Positions 20,162 to 29,562 of a stretch of 64,000 nt of DNA are shown here, piece after piece. The notes under the pieces were generated by a model that had not been told where the DNA came from, made no database searches, and was given only the letters and a program-made list of their open reading frames with translations. Made by a program: the position numbers and the translations under genes. Numbering within the stretch: the stretch's first letter is position 1; each line of letters begins with the position of its first letter. This DNA comes from Candidatus Omnitrophota bacterium (GTDB lineage: Bacteria > Omnitrophota > Gorgyraeia > Gygaellales > Profunditerraquicolaceae): positions 170,620 to 234,619 of the forward strand of contig JAPLLX010000001.1 of assembly GCA_026387335.1 (NCBI GenBank), given 5' to 3'.

Positions 20162-21409
20162 ATGACTTTGCGCGAGAAGATTTTAGTTGTATGTGAGAAG
20201 ATGATTTATTGGGGGATAATCCTTATACCGTTTGTGGTAAGTTTCTCTTCAGCCGCGGTAAATATCTTTATCGGTTTTGTAATTGTAGGATTCTTGGCTA
20301 AGAGGATAATCTTACGGGATCGCTCGTTCATTAAAACTCCCGTAAGTATCCCGTTTCTTTTGCTTATCGCAATCGCGTTGGTTTCCTTTATAAATTCAGT
20401 GAATATAAAATCCAGTATCCAAGGCATTGAAAAACTACTTAAATACGGCTTTTTGTTTCTGATTATGGTTGCGGAAATTAAAGATAAAAAACATGTTCAA
20501 AGGATAGTCGTAGCTATTATTGCCGGTTTGTTCCTGGCCTCAGCGGATGGTTTTTACTCGCTTATTTTCGGTAAAGATCTGTTTAACGGAGAGCCTCCGC
20601 AGTTTGTAATCGGTTTATCCCGGATAAGGGCAGCTTTTCCGCATACAAATATCTTCGGTGGCTATCTTACATTGTTTTTGGCGCTTCCCATATCATTAGC
20701 GCTGTATTATTTAAAAGGCCGTAAAAAGGTATTAGTAAGCATAGTCTCAGCTTTTGTGCTTTACGCCTTGATTTATACGTTTTCACGCAGCGCCATTTTG
20801 GGGGCATGGGTGGCAGTGCTTTTTATGGCATTAATAAAAAAGGATAAAATTATCCTTTTATTACTTCTATTATCGGTTATTTTATTGCCAATACTTATCC
20901 CGCGAAATATCGCGAATTGGGCAAGTAAGCAGGCATCTGTCTGGCAGATTGTTTTTGACGATACAAGGCTTAGTATATACCGGACATCTTTAAATATGAT
21001 TCAACATCACCCTATGATAGGGGTAGGGGTAAATACCTACTGCCTTAATTTCCAAAAGTATAAAGTGTATGAGAGCGAAGATTATACCGGCGATACCCAA
21101 TGGTACGCTCACAATATTTATTTGCATATGGCAGGTGAAATAGGCTTAACCGGATTGTTAATATTCATTTGGTTGCTTTTCATAGTTTTTAAGTATTGGG
21201 CTTATTTTTACCGTAGGGTTAACGGCGATGAATTCCTTAAGACTTGCAGTTTGGGTATTACCGCTGGCCTTGTAGCATTCCTTATTAACGGAATGACTGA
21301 AACAAATCTGTATTATTCTAAGATCGCGACATTTTTCTGGTTTCAAATCGGTTTATTACTGGCAATCATTAAATTAAAAAGAGGTGATTATGAAAAACGA
21401 AAAAATTAA
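20162..21409 (+). CDS. O-antigen ligase/Wzy-family membrane protein (second copy)
   Basis: Polytopic, with TFSRSAILGAW. RBS GGAGAG upstream. Confidence 0.65.
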   Translation: MTLREKILVVCEKMIYWGIILIPFVVSFSSAAVNIFIGFVIVGFLAKRIILRDRSFIKTPVSIPFLLLIAIALVSFINSVNIKSSIQGIEKLLKYGFLFLIMVAEIKDKKHVQRIVVAIIAGLFLASADGFYSLIFGKDLFNGEPPQFVIGLSRIRAAFPHTNIFGGYLTLFLALPISLALYYLKGRKKVLVSIVSAFVLYALIYTFSRSAILGAWVAVLFMALIKKDKIILLLLLLSVILLPILIPRNIANWASKQASVWQIVFDDTRLSIYRTSLNMIQHHPMIGVGVNTYCLNFQKYKVYESEDYTGDTQWYAHNIYLHMAGEIGLTGLLIFIWLLFIVFKYWAYFYRRVNGDEFLKTCSLGITAGLVAFLINGMTETNLYYSKIATFFWFQIGLLLAIIKLKRGDYEKRKN

Positions 21410-22187
21410 GGTAGTTATTTTATGCGGCGGCAGAGGAACGCGTTTAAGAGAAGAGACTGAGATAAGGCCGAAACCGTTGGTAGAAATCGGCAGTAGACCG
21501 ATTTTGTGGCATATCATGAAGACTTATTCTCATTATGGTTTTAAGGATTTTGTGTTATGCCTGGGGTATAAAGGCGACCTTATTAAAGATTATTTCTTAA
21601 ACTATGAAGCAATGAATAACGATTTTACCATTAATTTAGGCAACCGCAGTAATGTTATCTTTCATAATTCACATCTTGAAAAAGATTGGAACGTAACCCT
21701 GGTAAATACGGGAGCTCATGCGCAGACAGGTGCCCGGATAAAAAGAATTGAAGAGTATATTGACAGCGAAACTTTTATGGTTACATATGGAGACGGGGTT
21801 GGCGATATAAATATTAAGGAATTGCTCGAGTTTCATAGAGAAAATAAGAGTATTGGCACATTGACGGGTGTTCATCCATCTTCGCGATTTGGCGAGCTTT
21901 TGGTGAAAGGAAAGAATATTGTTGAATTTAATGAAAAGCCCCTGGTAAGTCAGGGTTTTATAAACGGAGGGTTTTTCATATTTAATAGAGAATTATTTCA
22001 TTATTTAAGTAATGAAGATAAATGTACGCTTGAACATGAGCCGCTAGGAAAGCTATCTAGAGATGGAAAACTTTCTGTTTATAAGCATGATGGTTTTTGG
22101 CAGTGTATGGATACTCAGCGTGAGCTTGACATATTGAATGATCTCTGGAAGCAAGGAAAGGCCCCTTGGAAGATTTGGAAGGATTAA
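21390..22187 (+). CDS. rfbF: glucose-1-phosphate cytidylyltransferase
   Basis: KVVILCGGRGTRLREETEIRPKPLVEIGSRPILWHIMKTYSHYGF is the canonical RfbF/DdhA signature. ATG 21390 is preceded by AGAGGTG. Confidence 0.9.
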   Translation: MKNEKIKVVILCGGRGTRLREETEIRPKPLVEIGSRPILWHIMKTYSHYGFKDFVLCLGYKGDLIKDYFLNYEAMNNDFTINLGNRSNVIFHNSHLEKDWNVTLVNTGAHAQTGARIKRIEEYIDSETFMVTYGDGVGDINIKELLEFHRENKSIGTLTGVHPSSRFGELLVKGKNIVEFNEKPLVSQGFINGGFFIFNRELFHYLSNEDKCTLEHEPLGKLSRDGKLSVYKHDGFWQCMDTQRELDILNDLWKQGKAPWKIWKD

Positions 22188-22190
22188 TAT

Positions 22191-23165
22191 ATGCCTAAGA
22201 GTTTTTGGAAAAATAAGAAGGTTTTGGTTACAGGTTATGAAGGGTTTCTTGGATCTTGGTTAGCAAAGACTTTAGTCGAGTTAGGCTCAAGGGTAGTCGG
22301 TATCGATATAATCAAAGACAGGCCACATTCAGTGTTGGAAGGCTACAGGAAAAGACTGGTTTCTATAAAGGCAGATGTATCAAATTTAAGCTTAGTCCGA
22401 AAAACGGTAATTGAGCATAGGCCCTCTGTAATCTTTCATCTTGCGGCAGAGGCTATAGTTGGACGCGCAAACATAGATCCAGTTAGGGCTTTTAAATCAA
22501 ACATTGAGGGGACTTGGAATATACTGGAGGCTTCAAGGGGTATGAAATTTATTGATTCGATAGTTGTAGCTTCCAGCGATAAAGCTTACGGCCCACATAG
22601 AGACCTGCCTTATTATGAAGATACAACAGCTTTAAAAGGCGATCATCCTTATGATGTTTCCAAAAGTTGCGCTGATCTTCTGTGCAATGCTTATTTTGTT
22701 TCTTTTAAATTGCCTGTATGTGTTACCAGATGCGGTAATATATACGGTCCGGGAGATAACAATTTCTCCAGGCTTATGCCGGATTTATTCAGGTCAATCG
22801 CAAGAAACAAAACCTTTATGATAAGGAGTGATGGAGCATTTACGCGCGATTATATTTATGTTGAGGATGTAATCAGTGGTTATATTTTACTCGGTGAGAA
22901 GATGAAGAGTAAGAATTTAGCTGGCCAGTCGTTTAATCTAAGTAACGAGAAGCCATTATCGGTAATTTCGATGGTTAAAACTGTTTATAAGCTGGCAGGT
23001 AAAAAGCCAAACTATAAAATACTTAATTCAACTTGCAATGAAATAAAAGACCAATATTTATGCTCATCAAAAGCAAAACGGATTCTTAGCTGGAAAGCAA
23101 GATACGAGTTATCCAAAGGATTAAACAAGGCAATGGGTTACTATATGAACAGGTTTAGCAGATAA
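22191..23165 (+). CDS. rfbG: CDP-glucose 4,6-dehydratase
   Basis: FWKNKKVLVTGYEGFLGSWL is the N-terminal signature of RfbG/DdhB. Confidence 0.85.
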   Translation: MPKSFWKNKKVLVTGYEGFLGSWLAKTLVELGSRVVGIDIIKDRPHSVLEGYRKRLVSIKADVSNLSLVRKTVIEHRPSVIFHLAAEAIVGRANIDPVRAFKSNIEGTWNILEASRGMKFIDSIVVASSDKAYGPHRDLPYYEDTTALKGDHPYDVSKSCADLLCNAYFVSFKLPVCVTRCGNIYGPGDNNFSRLMPDLFRSIARNKTFMIRSDGAFTRDYIYVEDVISGYILLGEKMKSKNLAGQSFNLSNEKPLSVISMVKTVYKLAGKKPNYKILNSTCNEIKDQYLCSSKAKRILSWKARYELSKGLNKAMGYYMNRFSR

Positions 23166-24118
23166 TGAATATAAATGGAAAAAACATTCTTATAACAGGT
23201 GCAACTGGTTTTGTTGGTGCCAATCTCGTCCGGTATTTTATAAATAAAAAAGCAAGGGTTAACATTTTTAAGAGAAAACAATCAGAATTATGGAGAATCA
23301 ATGATATAAAAAACAAATTTTTTTCGCACGATGTTAATCTTTTAAACCATGCGGATGTTAAGAGGGCAGTAAAAATAATTAAGCCGGAAGTAGTAATTCA
23401 TACCGCAACTTATGGCGGGCACGTAACCCAGCGAAATATTCCGCTTATCTTTAAGACTAATTTTGATGCAACGATAAATCTCTTAGATTCTTCCCTTAAG
23501 TCAGGAGCCGGTATTTTTATTAACACAGGATCAAGTTCAGAATATGGCCTCAAAAATTGCCCTATGAAGGAAACGGATGTGCTTAAGCCTATAACACCTT
23601 ACGGAGCTTCCAAGGCACTGGCGACAATTTATTGTCAATACGCGGCTAAGAAATTCAGTGTGCCTGTCGTAACGCTAAGATTATTTTCTCCGTATGGTTA
23701 TTATGATGACGTAAACAGGGCAGTTAGCTATTTGATTTTATCATGCCTCAGGAAAACTCCGCTGAATATTAAATCTCCTGATTCCGTAAGGGATTTTGTA
23801 TTTATTGAAGATGTAATAGAATCTTACGGGAATGTTTTAAGGAATAGTAGTAATTTATCCGGGGAAATATTTAATATAGGCTCGGGCAAGCAGTACTCTA
23901 TAAAATATTTGGCGGAGAAGATTGCGAGATTAACCGGTATGAATGCGCAGCTATCTTTCCAGAAGAAGAATAAAACTCTGATGACTGAGCCAAAAACCTG
24001 GGTAGCTGATTGCTCTTTATCTTTTAAGGAACTCGGCTGGAGTCCTAAATTTAATATTGAGGGCGGACTTAAGAAAACAATAAATTGGTTTAGGAGCAAT
24101 ATTGGTTTGTATTCTTAG
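23165..24118 (+). CDS. SDR epimerase/dehydratase-family protein; candidate CDP-sugar 4-reductase (YerF/RfbS-like)
   Basis: ILITGATGFVGANLVRYF; paralog of 12455..13399. It sits between rfbG and the YerE-like gene. Confidence 0.65.
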   Translation: MNINGKNILITGATGFVGANLVRYFINKKARVNIFKRKQSELWRINDIKNKFFSHDVNLLNHADVKRAVKIIKPEVVIHTATYGGHVTQRNIPLIFKTNFDATINLLDSSLKSGAGIFINTGSSSEYGLKNCPMKETDVLKPITPYGASKALATIYCQYAAKKFSVPVVTLRLFSPYGYYDDVNRAVSYLILSCLRKTPLNIKSPDSVRDFVFIEDVIESYGNVLRNSSNLSGEIFNIGSGKQYSIKYLAEKIARLTGMNAQLSFQKKNKTLMTEPKTWVADCSLSFKELGWSPKFNIEGGLKKTINWFRSNIGLYS

Positions 24119-24121
24119 CAT

Positions 24122-25915
24122 ATGAAATCTTCCGACTATATAATAAATTTTTTAAGCAAAAATAAAGTGACTCATGTTTTTGAGGTTTGCGGCGGTGCCA
24201 TCACGCATTTACTTGATTCGATGTATGGCAGGAAAGATATTGCTGCTGTGTCTATGCATCATGAGCAGGCAGCGGCGTTTGCTGCAGAAGGATATTCTAG
24301 GGCCAGTGGAAACATAGGTGTGGCTATGGCTACAAGCGGGCCAGGCGCAACAAATCTGATAACCGGTATTGGCAGCGCTTTTTTTGATTCAACCGCTACC
24401 CTGTTTATAACCGGTCAGGTAAACACATATGAATTTAAATTCAAAAAACCGATAAGGCAAAAAGGTTTTCAGGAGGCGGATATTGTAAGTATTGTTAGGC
24501 CTATTGTTAAAGAAGCGCATCTTATTGATAAACCGGAAAAAATTGTAAAAAACCTCAGAAAGGCTTTTTATACAGCAAAATCCGGAAGGCCGGGCCCTGT
24601 TCTTTTAGACATACCTATGGATATACAGCGTTTTAATTTGCCTTATAAGCGTGCGGATAAAGTTTATAATCTTAAATATATAAATTCCAGGCCTAGTTCT
24701 AAAGCGATCAGTCAAATAATAAGGCTTTTATCTATTGCTTCTCGACCAGTAATTATTTCCGGAGGCGGAGTGGGAATTTCCGGAGCAAGACAAGAATTGT
24801 TGTTATTATTAAGGAAAACCGGTATACCTGTTGTTGCTTCTTTGATGGGGTTGGATTCTTGCCCGCACGATATAGCAAATTACTGCGGGATGCTGGGAAC
24901 GTACGGCAACCGATATGCAAATTTGACTGTGGCTAATTCAGATTTAGTATTAGCTTTAGGCACTAGATTAGATACAAGGCAGACTGGCACAGTTTCTTCA
25001 ACATTTGCGCGTGGAGCAAAATTGATTCATATAGATATAGATCAATTTGAACTAAATAACAAGATTAAGGCGGATATTGGTTTAGTTTGCGATGTTAAGT
25101 TGTTTCTCGCAGCTTTAAATAAAAGTTTAACGAAATACAATAAAGCGCGTATATTGCCATGGATCAGTAAGACATTAGAATTTGAATGTAAATACCGGTC
25201 ATGGGTTAATCAGGAGGGCAACAATATAGCTCCAAATCTATTTATGCATATCCTTTCCGGATTTCTGCCCTCGGATGCTATAGTCTGCTTAGATGTTGGG
25301 CAGCATCAGATGTGGGCAGGGCAATCACTTGAGCTGAAAGAGAAGCAGATGTTGATTACGCAGGGGGGTATGGCTTCTATGGGATCCAGCCTACCTATGG
25401 CAATCGGCGCTTCTTTTGCCCAGCCGAATAGGCCTGTAGTTGTAATAACAGGTGACGGTGGATTCCAGTTAAATATCCAGGAGTTGGAAACTTTGCGTTG
25501 CCATAATCTTCCTGTTAAAATAATTCTGCTTAATAATAAAGGATACGGTATGATCCGTCAGTTCCAGCGGCAATATTTCGGGAGTAGATTTCAGTCTACA
25601 GTTAAAGGTTACAGCCAGCCTGATTTTAAGAAAGTAGTTTCAGCTTTCGGCATACCGGCAAGTCGGGTCGAAGGTATTGCTAGTTTAAAAAGTAAACTTA
25701 AGGAATTATTTAAGAGTAACAAGCCGGAATTTCTAGAAGTGATGATAGGTAAAAATAATTTAGTGCTTCCTAAGTTAGCTGTAAACAGGCCGATAGAGGA
25801 TCAGGATCCCCAACTTTCTTTTAATGAGTTAAAAAGCAATATGTTTATAAAGGCGCTGCCAAGAGTAGCCAATAGTTATGATAGAAAGAAGAATAAGAAA
25901 AAAAATATTCGATAA
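24122..25915 (+). CDS. thiamine-diphosphate-dependent acetolactate-synthase-like enzyme (YerE-like branched-sugar synthase candidate)
   Basis: ALS large-subunit-like three-domain protein of 597 aa, carrying TPP-binding GDGGFQ...NN. It is embedded between CDP-dideoxyhexose genes. Confidence 0.7.
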   Translation: MKSSDYIINFLSKNKVTHVFEVCGGAITHLLDSMYGRKDIAAVSMHHEQAAAFAAEGYSRASGNIGVAMATSGPGATNLITGIGSAFFDSTATLFITGQVNTYEFKFKKPIRQKGFQEADIVSIVRPIVKEAHLIDKPEKIVKNLRKAFYTAKSGRPGPVLLDIPMDIQRFNLPYKRADKVYNLKYINSRPSSKAISQIIRLLSIASRPVIISGGGVGISGARQELLLLLRKTGIPVVASLMGLDSCPHDIANYCGMLGTYGNRYANLTVANSDLVLALGTRLDTRQTGTVSSTFARGAKLIHIDIDQFELNNKIKADIGLVCDVKLFLAALNKSLTKYNKARILPWISKTLEFECKYRSWVNQEGNNIAPNLFMHILSGFLPSDAIVCLDVGQHQMWAGQSLELKEKQMLITQGGMASMGSSLPMAIGASFAQPNRPVVVITGDGGFQLNIQELETLRCHNLPVKIILLNNKGYGMIRQFQRQYFGSRFQSTVKGYSQPDFKKVVSAFGIPASRVEGIASLKSKLKELFKSNKPEFLEVMIGKNNLVLPKLAVNRPIEDQDPQLSFNELKSNMFIKALPRVANSYDRKKNKKKNIR

Positions 25916-27194
25916 TATAAGAGAATTATACAAAATTTCTTGTTGTGTCAATAAGAAAGCCGTTGTCAATCGTCCCATTCCTTATGCGGGCAGGGTGTAT
26001 AACGAGAAGGAGATTATCAACCTGGTGGATGCGTCTTTAGATTTTTGGTTGACCGCGGGTAGATATACGCAAAAATTTGAGAATTTATTATCCAGGTTTC
26101 TTAAGGTTAAATATGTTTCTTTTGTAAACTCTGGATCTTCAGCCAACTTATTAGCTATATCAGCGCTTACTTCTACAAAACTTAAGGACAGAAGGCTGAA
26201 ACCCGGTGATGAGGTGATTACTACTGCCAGTTGTTTTCCTACAACTTTGGCTCCGATTATACAAAATAGATTAGTGCCAGTATTCATAGATGTTGGTTTG
26301 GGAAATTACAATATAGAGGTTAAAAAGATTGAAAAAGCGATAAGTAAGAAGACTAAGGCGATATTCATAGCGCACGCCTTAGGTAATCCCTCCGATATTA
26401 AGACTATTTTAGATATATCCAGAAAATATAAGTTGTGGTTGGTAGAGGATAACTGTGATGCGCTGGGCTCTAAATATAATAATAAATATACCGGAACATT
26501 CGGCCATATTGCTACTTTAAGCTTTTATCCCGCGCATCATATAACTACTGGCGAGGGCGGCGCAGTAATAACTAACGATGGAGCCTTAAGCAGAATCGTT
26601 AATTCTTTTCGCGATTGGGGACGTGATTGTTGGTGTGAATCAGGTTATGATAATTCGTGCAAAAAAAGGTTCAGCTGGAAATTTGGGGAATTACCTTTTG
26701 GGTATGACCACAAGTATGTTTATTCTCATATAGGCTATAATCTTAAGGCCACAGATATGCAGGCAGCTGTAGGAGTGGAGCAGATAAAGAAGCTGCCAGG
26801 TTTTATCAGGAGAAGAAAAGAGAATTTCTTATTGCTATACAATGGGCTTAAGAGCCATGAGCATAGCTTAATACTCCCGGAATGGGAAAAAGGCGCTGAT
26901 CCTGCATGGTTCTGTTTTCCGATTACGGTTAAGGAGCGCGCAAGTTTTAAAAGAGAAGAGCTTACTGCATTTCTTGAGAAATCAGGAGTTCAGACAAGGT
27001 TAATTTTTGCCGGTAACGTGTTAAGACAACCTGCTTTTATGAACATAAAACACCGAGTTACTGGGGGGTTAGACAATACAGATATAGTTATGAAAAATTC
27101 ATTTTTCATAGGAGTTTACCCGGGGATTGAGCGAAAAGATACCCTGTATATAATTAGTCAATTTAATGCTTTCTTTAAGGAGCAAAGTAGATGA
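25878..27194 (+). CDS. rfbH: CDP-4-keto-6-deoxyglucose 3-dehydrase (E1)
   Basis: DegT-fold protein in which the PLP-lysine is replaced by histidine (SFYPAHHITTGEGG). It carries an exact C-X57-C-X1-C-X7-C [2Fe-2S] motif (NCDALG...DCWCESGYDNSC). Both are diagnostic of E1/DdhC. Confidence 0.85.
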   Translation: MIERRIRKKIFDNIRELYKISCCVNKKAVVNRPIPYAGRVYNEKEIINLVDASLDFWLTAGRYTQKFENLLSRFLKVKYVSFVNSGSSANLLAISALTSTKLKDRRLKPGDEVITTASCFPTTLAPIIQNRLVPVFIDVGLGNYNIEVKKIEKAISKKTKAIFIAHALGNPSDIKTILDISRKYKLWLVEDNCDALGSKYNNKYTGTFGHIATLSFYPAHHITTGEGGAVITNDGALSRIVNSFRDWGRDCWCESGYDNSCKKRFSWKFGELPFGYDHKYVYSHIGYNLKATDMQAAVGVEQIKKLPGFIRRRKENFLLLYNGLKSHEHSLILPEWEKGADPAWFCFPITVKERASFKREELTAFLEKSGVQTRLIFAGNVLRQPAFMNIKHRVTGGLDNTDIVMKNSFFIGVYPGIERKDTLYIISQFNAFFKEQSR

Positions 27195-27874
27195 AATTAA
27201 CAATTTTGGTTACTGTTTACAACGAGAAAGCTACTATACTTAAGGCAATCGAAGAGGCCAAAGGAATCCAGGTAGATAAGGAAGTTATTGTTATCGATAA
27301 TTGCTCAACGGACGGAACACGGGAGATCCTTAAGTCTCTGAATGATCAATCTATCCAGGTAGTCTATCAACCTTTAAATTACGGCTATGGCATGTCGGTA
27401 ATTACCGGGATGAGATTGGCTAAAGGCGAATATATGTATGTGCATAATTCCGATTTAGAGTATGATCCGGAATGCGTTTATAGAATGCTTAGCTTAGCTG
27501 AAAATGAAAATCTCGATGCTGTCTTTGGCTCTCGCTTGTCTTCCCGTAAGCAAGATTCAAGGTTTAAGATTCTCAAAGAGAGGCCCTTTTATTTAGGGAC
27601 TATGATTACAACAACACTGATCAATATTCTTTATAACAAGAATTTTACGGATATAATCGGCAATAGATTCTACCGTACGGATTCATTAAGAAAAGTAAGT
27701 CCTCAAATTTCTGGTATTGGTTTTGATTTTGAAGTGGTTAGTAAATTGTGCAAATACAGGTTTAATGTAAATGAAGTCCCGGTTAAATATTCTCCCAGGA
27801 CCTTGGGGAAGAAAATAAAAGTTTATGATATTGTGCCTGCACTGATGACAATATTAAAAGTTAAGTTCTTTTAG
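27191..27874 (+). CDS. short glycosyltransferase family 2 protein
   Basis: LTILVTVYNE ... VIDNCSTDGTRE. Confidence 0.65.
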   Translation: MKLTILVTVYNEKATILKAIEEAKGIQVDKEVIVIDNCSTDGTREILKSLNDQSIQVVYQPLNYGYGMSVITGMRLAKGEYMYVHNSDLEYDPECVYRMLSLAENENLDAVFGSRLSSRKQDSRFKILKERPFYLGTMITTTLINILYNKNFTDIIGNRFYRTDSLRKVSPQISGIGFDFEVVSKLCKYRFNVNEVPVKYSPRTLGKKIKVYDIVPALMTILKVKFF

Positions 27875-27883
27875 GATAAAATA

Positions 27884-28447
27884 ATGAAGCTGACAATAGT
27901 TATCCCAGTTCATAACCATAAAGATAATATACTTAAGACAATTGAAGAAGCTAAAAATATCCAGTTGGATAAGGAAATTATCGTGGTAGATAATTGCTCA
28001 ACGGACGGAACACGGGAAATTCTTAAAACCTTAAGCGGTAACGCGGTAAAGATTGTTTATCAGTCTAGGAATTACGGTTATGGGATGTCGGTTGTAACTG
28101 GAATGAATTTAGCGCAAGGCGAGTATTTGTTTATTCATAACCCTGAACTTGGAAACGATTTTAAACGTGTATATGAAATGTTGGATTTGGCGGAAAAAGA
28201 GAGTTTGGATGCTGTTTTTGAGCCTAGGCTGCTCGGTAAGAACTTCGGAATGGTTATCTATGCCGCGCTGGTTAGCCTTTTTTGCGGCAGAGATTTTAGC
28301 GATATAAACGGAAACAGGCTTTACAGGACAGCTTCTTTAAGGAAACTAGACCCCAAAGCCTCAAATATTGGTTTTAATTTTAAGGTGACCAGAAAATTAT
28401 GCAGAGATGGATTTAAGGTGAAGGAAGTTCCGGTAGGAAGAGGATGA
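27884..28447 (+). CDS. short GT2 paralog, C-terminally truncated relative to 27191..27874
   Basis: Same N-terminal motifs as the neighbour. It ends about 40 aa early and has an ATGA overlap with the next gene. Possibly degenerate. Confidence 0.5.
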   Translation: MKLTIVIPVHNHKDNILKTIEEAKNIQLDKEIIVVDNCSTDGTREILKTLSGNAVKIVYQSRNYGYGMSVVTGMNLAQGEYLFIHNPELGNDFKRVYEMLDLAEKESLDAVFEPRLLGKNFGMVIYAALVSLFCGRDFSDINGNRLYRTASLRKLDPKASNIGFNFKVTRKLCRDGFKVKEVPVGRG

Positions 28448-29562
28448 AAAATAAAAAACTCTTAATTGCTATTTTGACAGTTGCTGTTTTAATAAAATTC
28501 GGCTTATTTACTTTTGCGACGCTTCGGGTTCCTCAGAGCAAGTTTGACGGGGATTCCGAAAATTATTTAAATACCGCTTCAATGCTATATTCTAAAGCTG
28601 CGTTTGCGACTCAAGATAGCAATGGTAATCTTAGCCCCCATGTGCTGAGGACCCCCGGTTATCCTGTTTTTCTCGCTATCACGCATAATTTAATGAAGAT
28701 TCCTTTAAGCGGAGTGCTTTTCTTACAGGTTTTATTGACAATCCTGGTTGCTGGGATTGTTTATAAAACCTCGCTACAGATAGACAGCCGTATTGCTTTT
28801 TTAAGCGCGATAATTATATTGTTTGATCTGCCGATAACGGTCTTTTCCTTAAAGATTTTAACTGAGACCCTATTTTTATTATTAGTTTCAATTTTTATTT
28901 ATACGTTTATCAGGTATTTAAAAACAGGAAAAACCGGATTTATCCTGTTATCTTCTTGGCTGCTGGCTATGGCTACCTATACTCGGCCGATCAGCTATTT
29001 TTTAGGTGGAGCAACCGCTATTTTCATAGTTTATGCGAATGTGCTTAAGAATTTTAAAAGGGTTTTTACGCAGGCCTTGATTTTTCTGGTGATAGTTTAC
29101 AGTTTAATTGGCCTATGGCAAATCAGGAATTACCGGTGTTGCGGTGAAAAGTTTATCACTACTATCGCTAGATCTAACTTTCACTACTACGGATTAATTA
29201 AGGAGCCCCAGAGTAAACTTGATTACGCGTATGAATCCTGGCGGTCCTTTCTTTCTCTAATGACCCGGCCGGGGACACTGAAGTATTTCAATTCTAAGCC
29301 GTTAGCAATTACTGCTAAAGTATTAGCTTATCCCTGGATGGCTCTTTGGATGGTTGGTTTCTTGGTGGGTGTCTATAAAATAAGAAGGAATGTTTATTAT
29401 CAATTTCTGCTGCTGGTTATTCTCTATTTTGTCGGAGTCTCTGTTTTTAACCTCTCTTCGGCAGTTTCCGAGAGGTTCAGGGTGCCGATAGTGCCATGTA
29501 TAGCCATTATCTCCGCTTATGGCTGGTCAAACCTTTTAAATGGGGCTTTTAAGAAGAAGTGA
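28444..29562 (+). CDS. polytopic membrane protein, GT-C-like
   Basis: About 10 TM helices, with no recognisable soluble catalytic motif. Confidence 0.5.
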   Translation: MKNKKLLIAILTVAVLIKFGLFTFATLRVPQSKFDGDSENYLNTASMLYSKAAFATQDSNGNLSPHVLRTPGYPVFLAITHNLMKIPLSGVLFLQVLLTILVAGIVYKTSLQIDSRIAFLSAIIILFDLPITVFSLKILTETLFLLLVSIFIYTFIRYLKTGKTGFILLSSWLLAMATYTRPISYFLGGATAIFIVYANVLKNFKRVFTQALIFLVIVYSLIGLWQIRNYRCCGEKFITTIARSNFHYYGLIKEPQSKLDYAYESWRSFLSLMTRPGTLKYFNSKPLAITAKVLAYPWMALWMVGFLVGVYKIRRNVYYQFLLLVILYFVGVSVFNLSSAVSERFRVPIVPCIAIISAYGWSNLLNGAFKKK

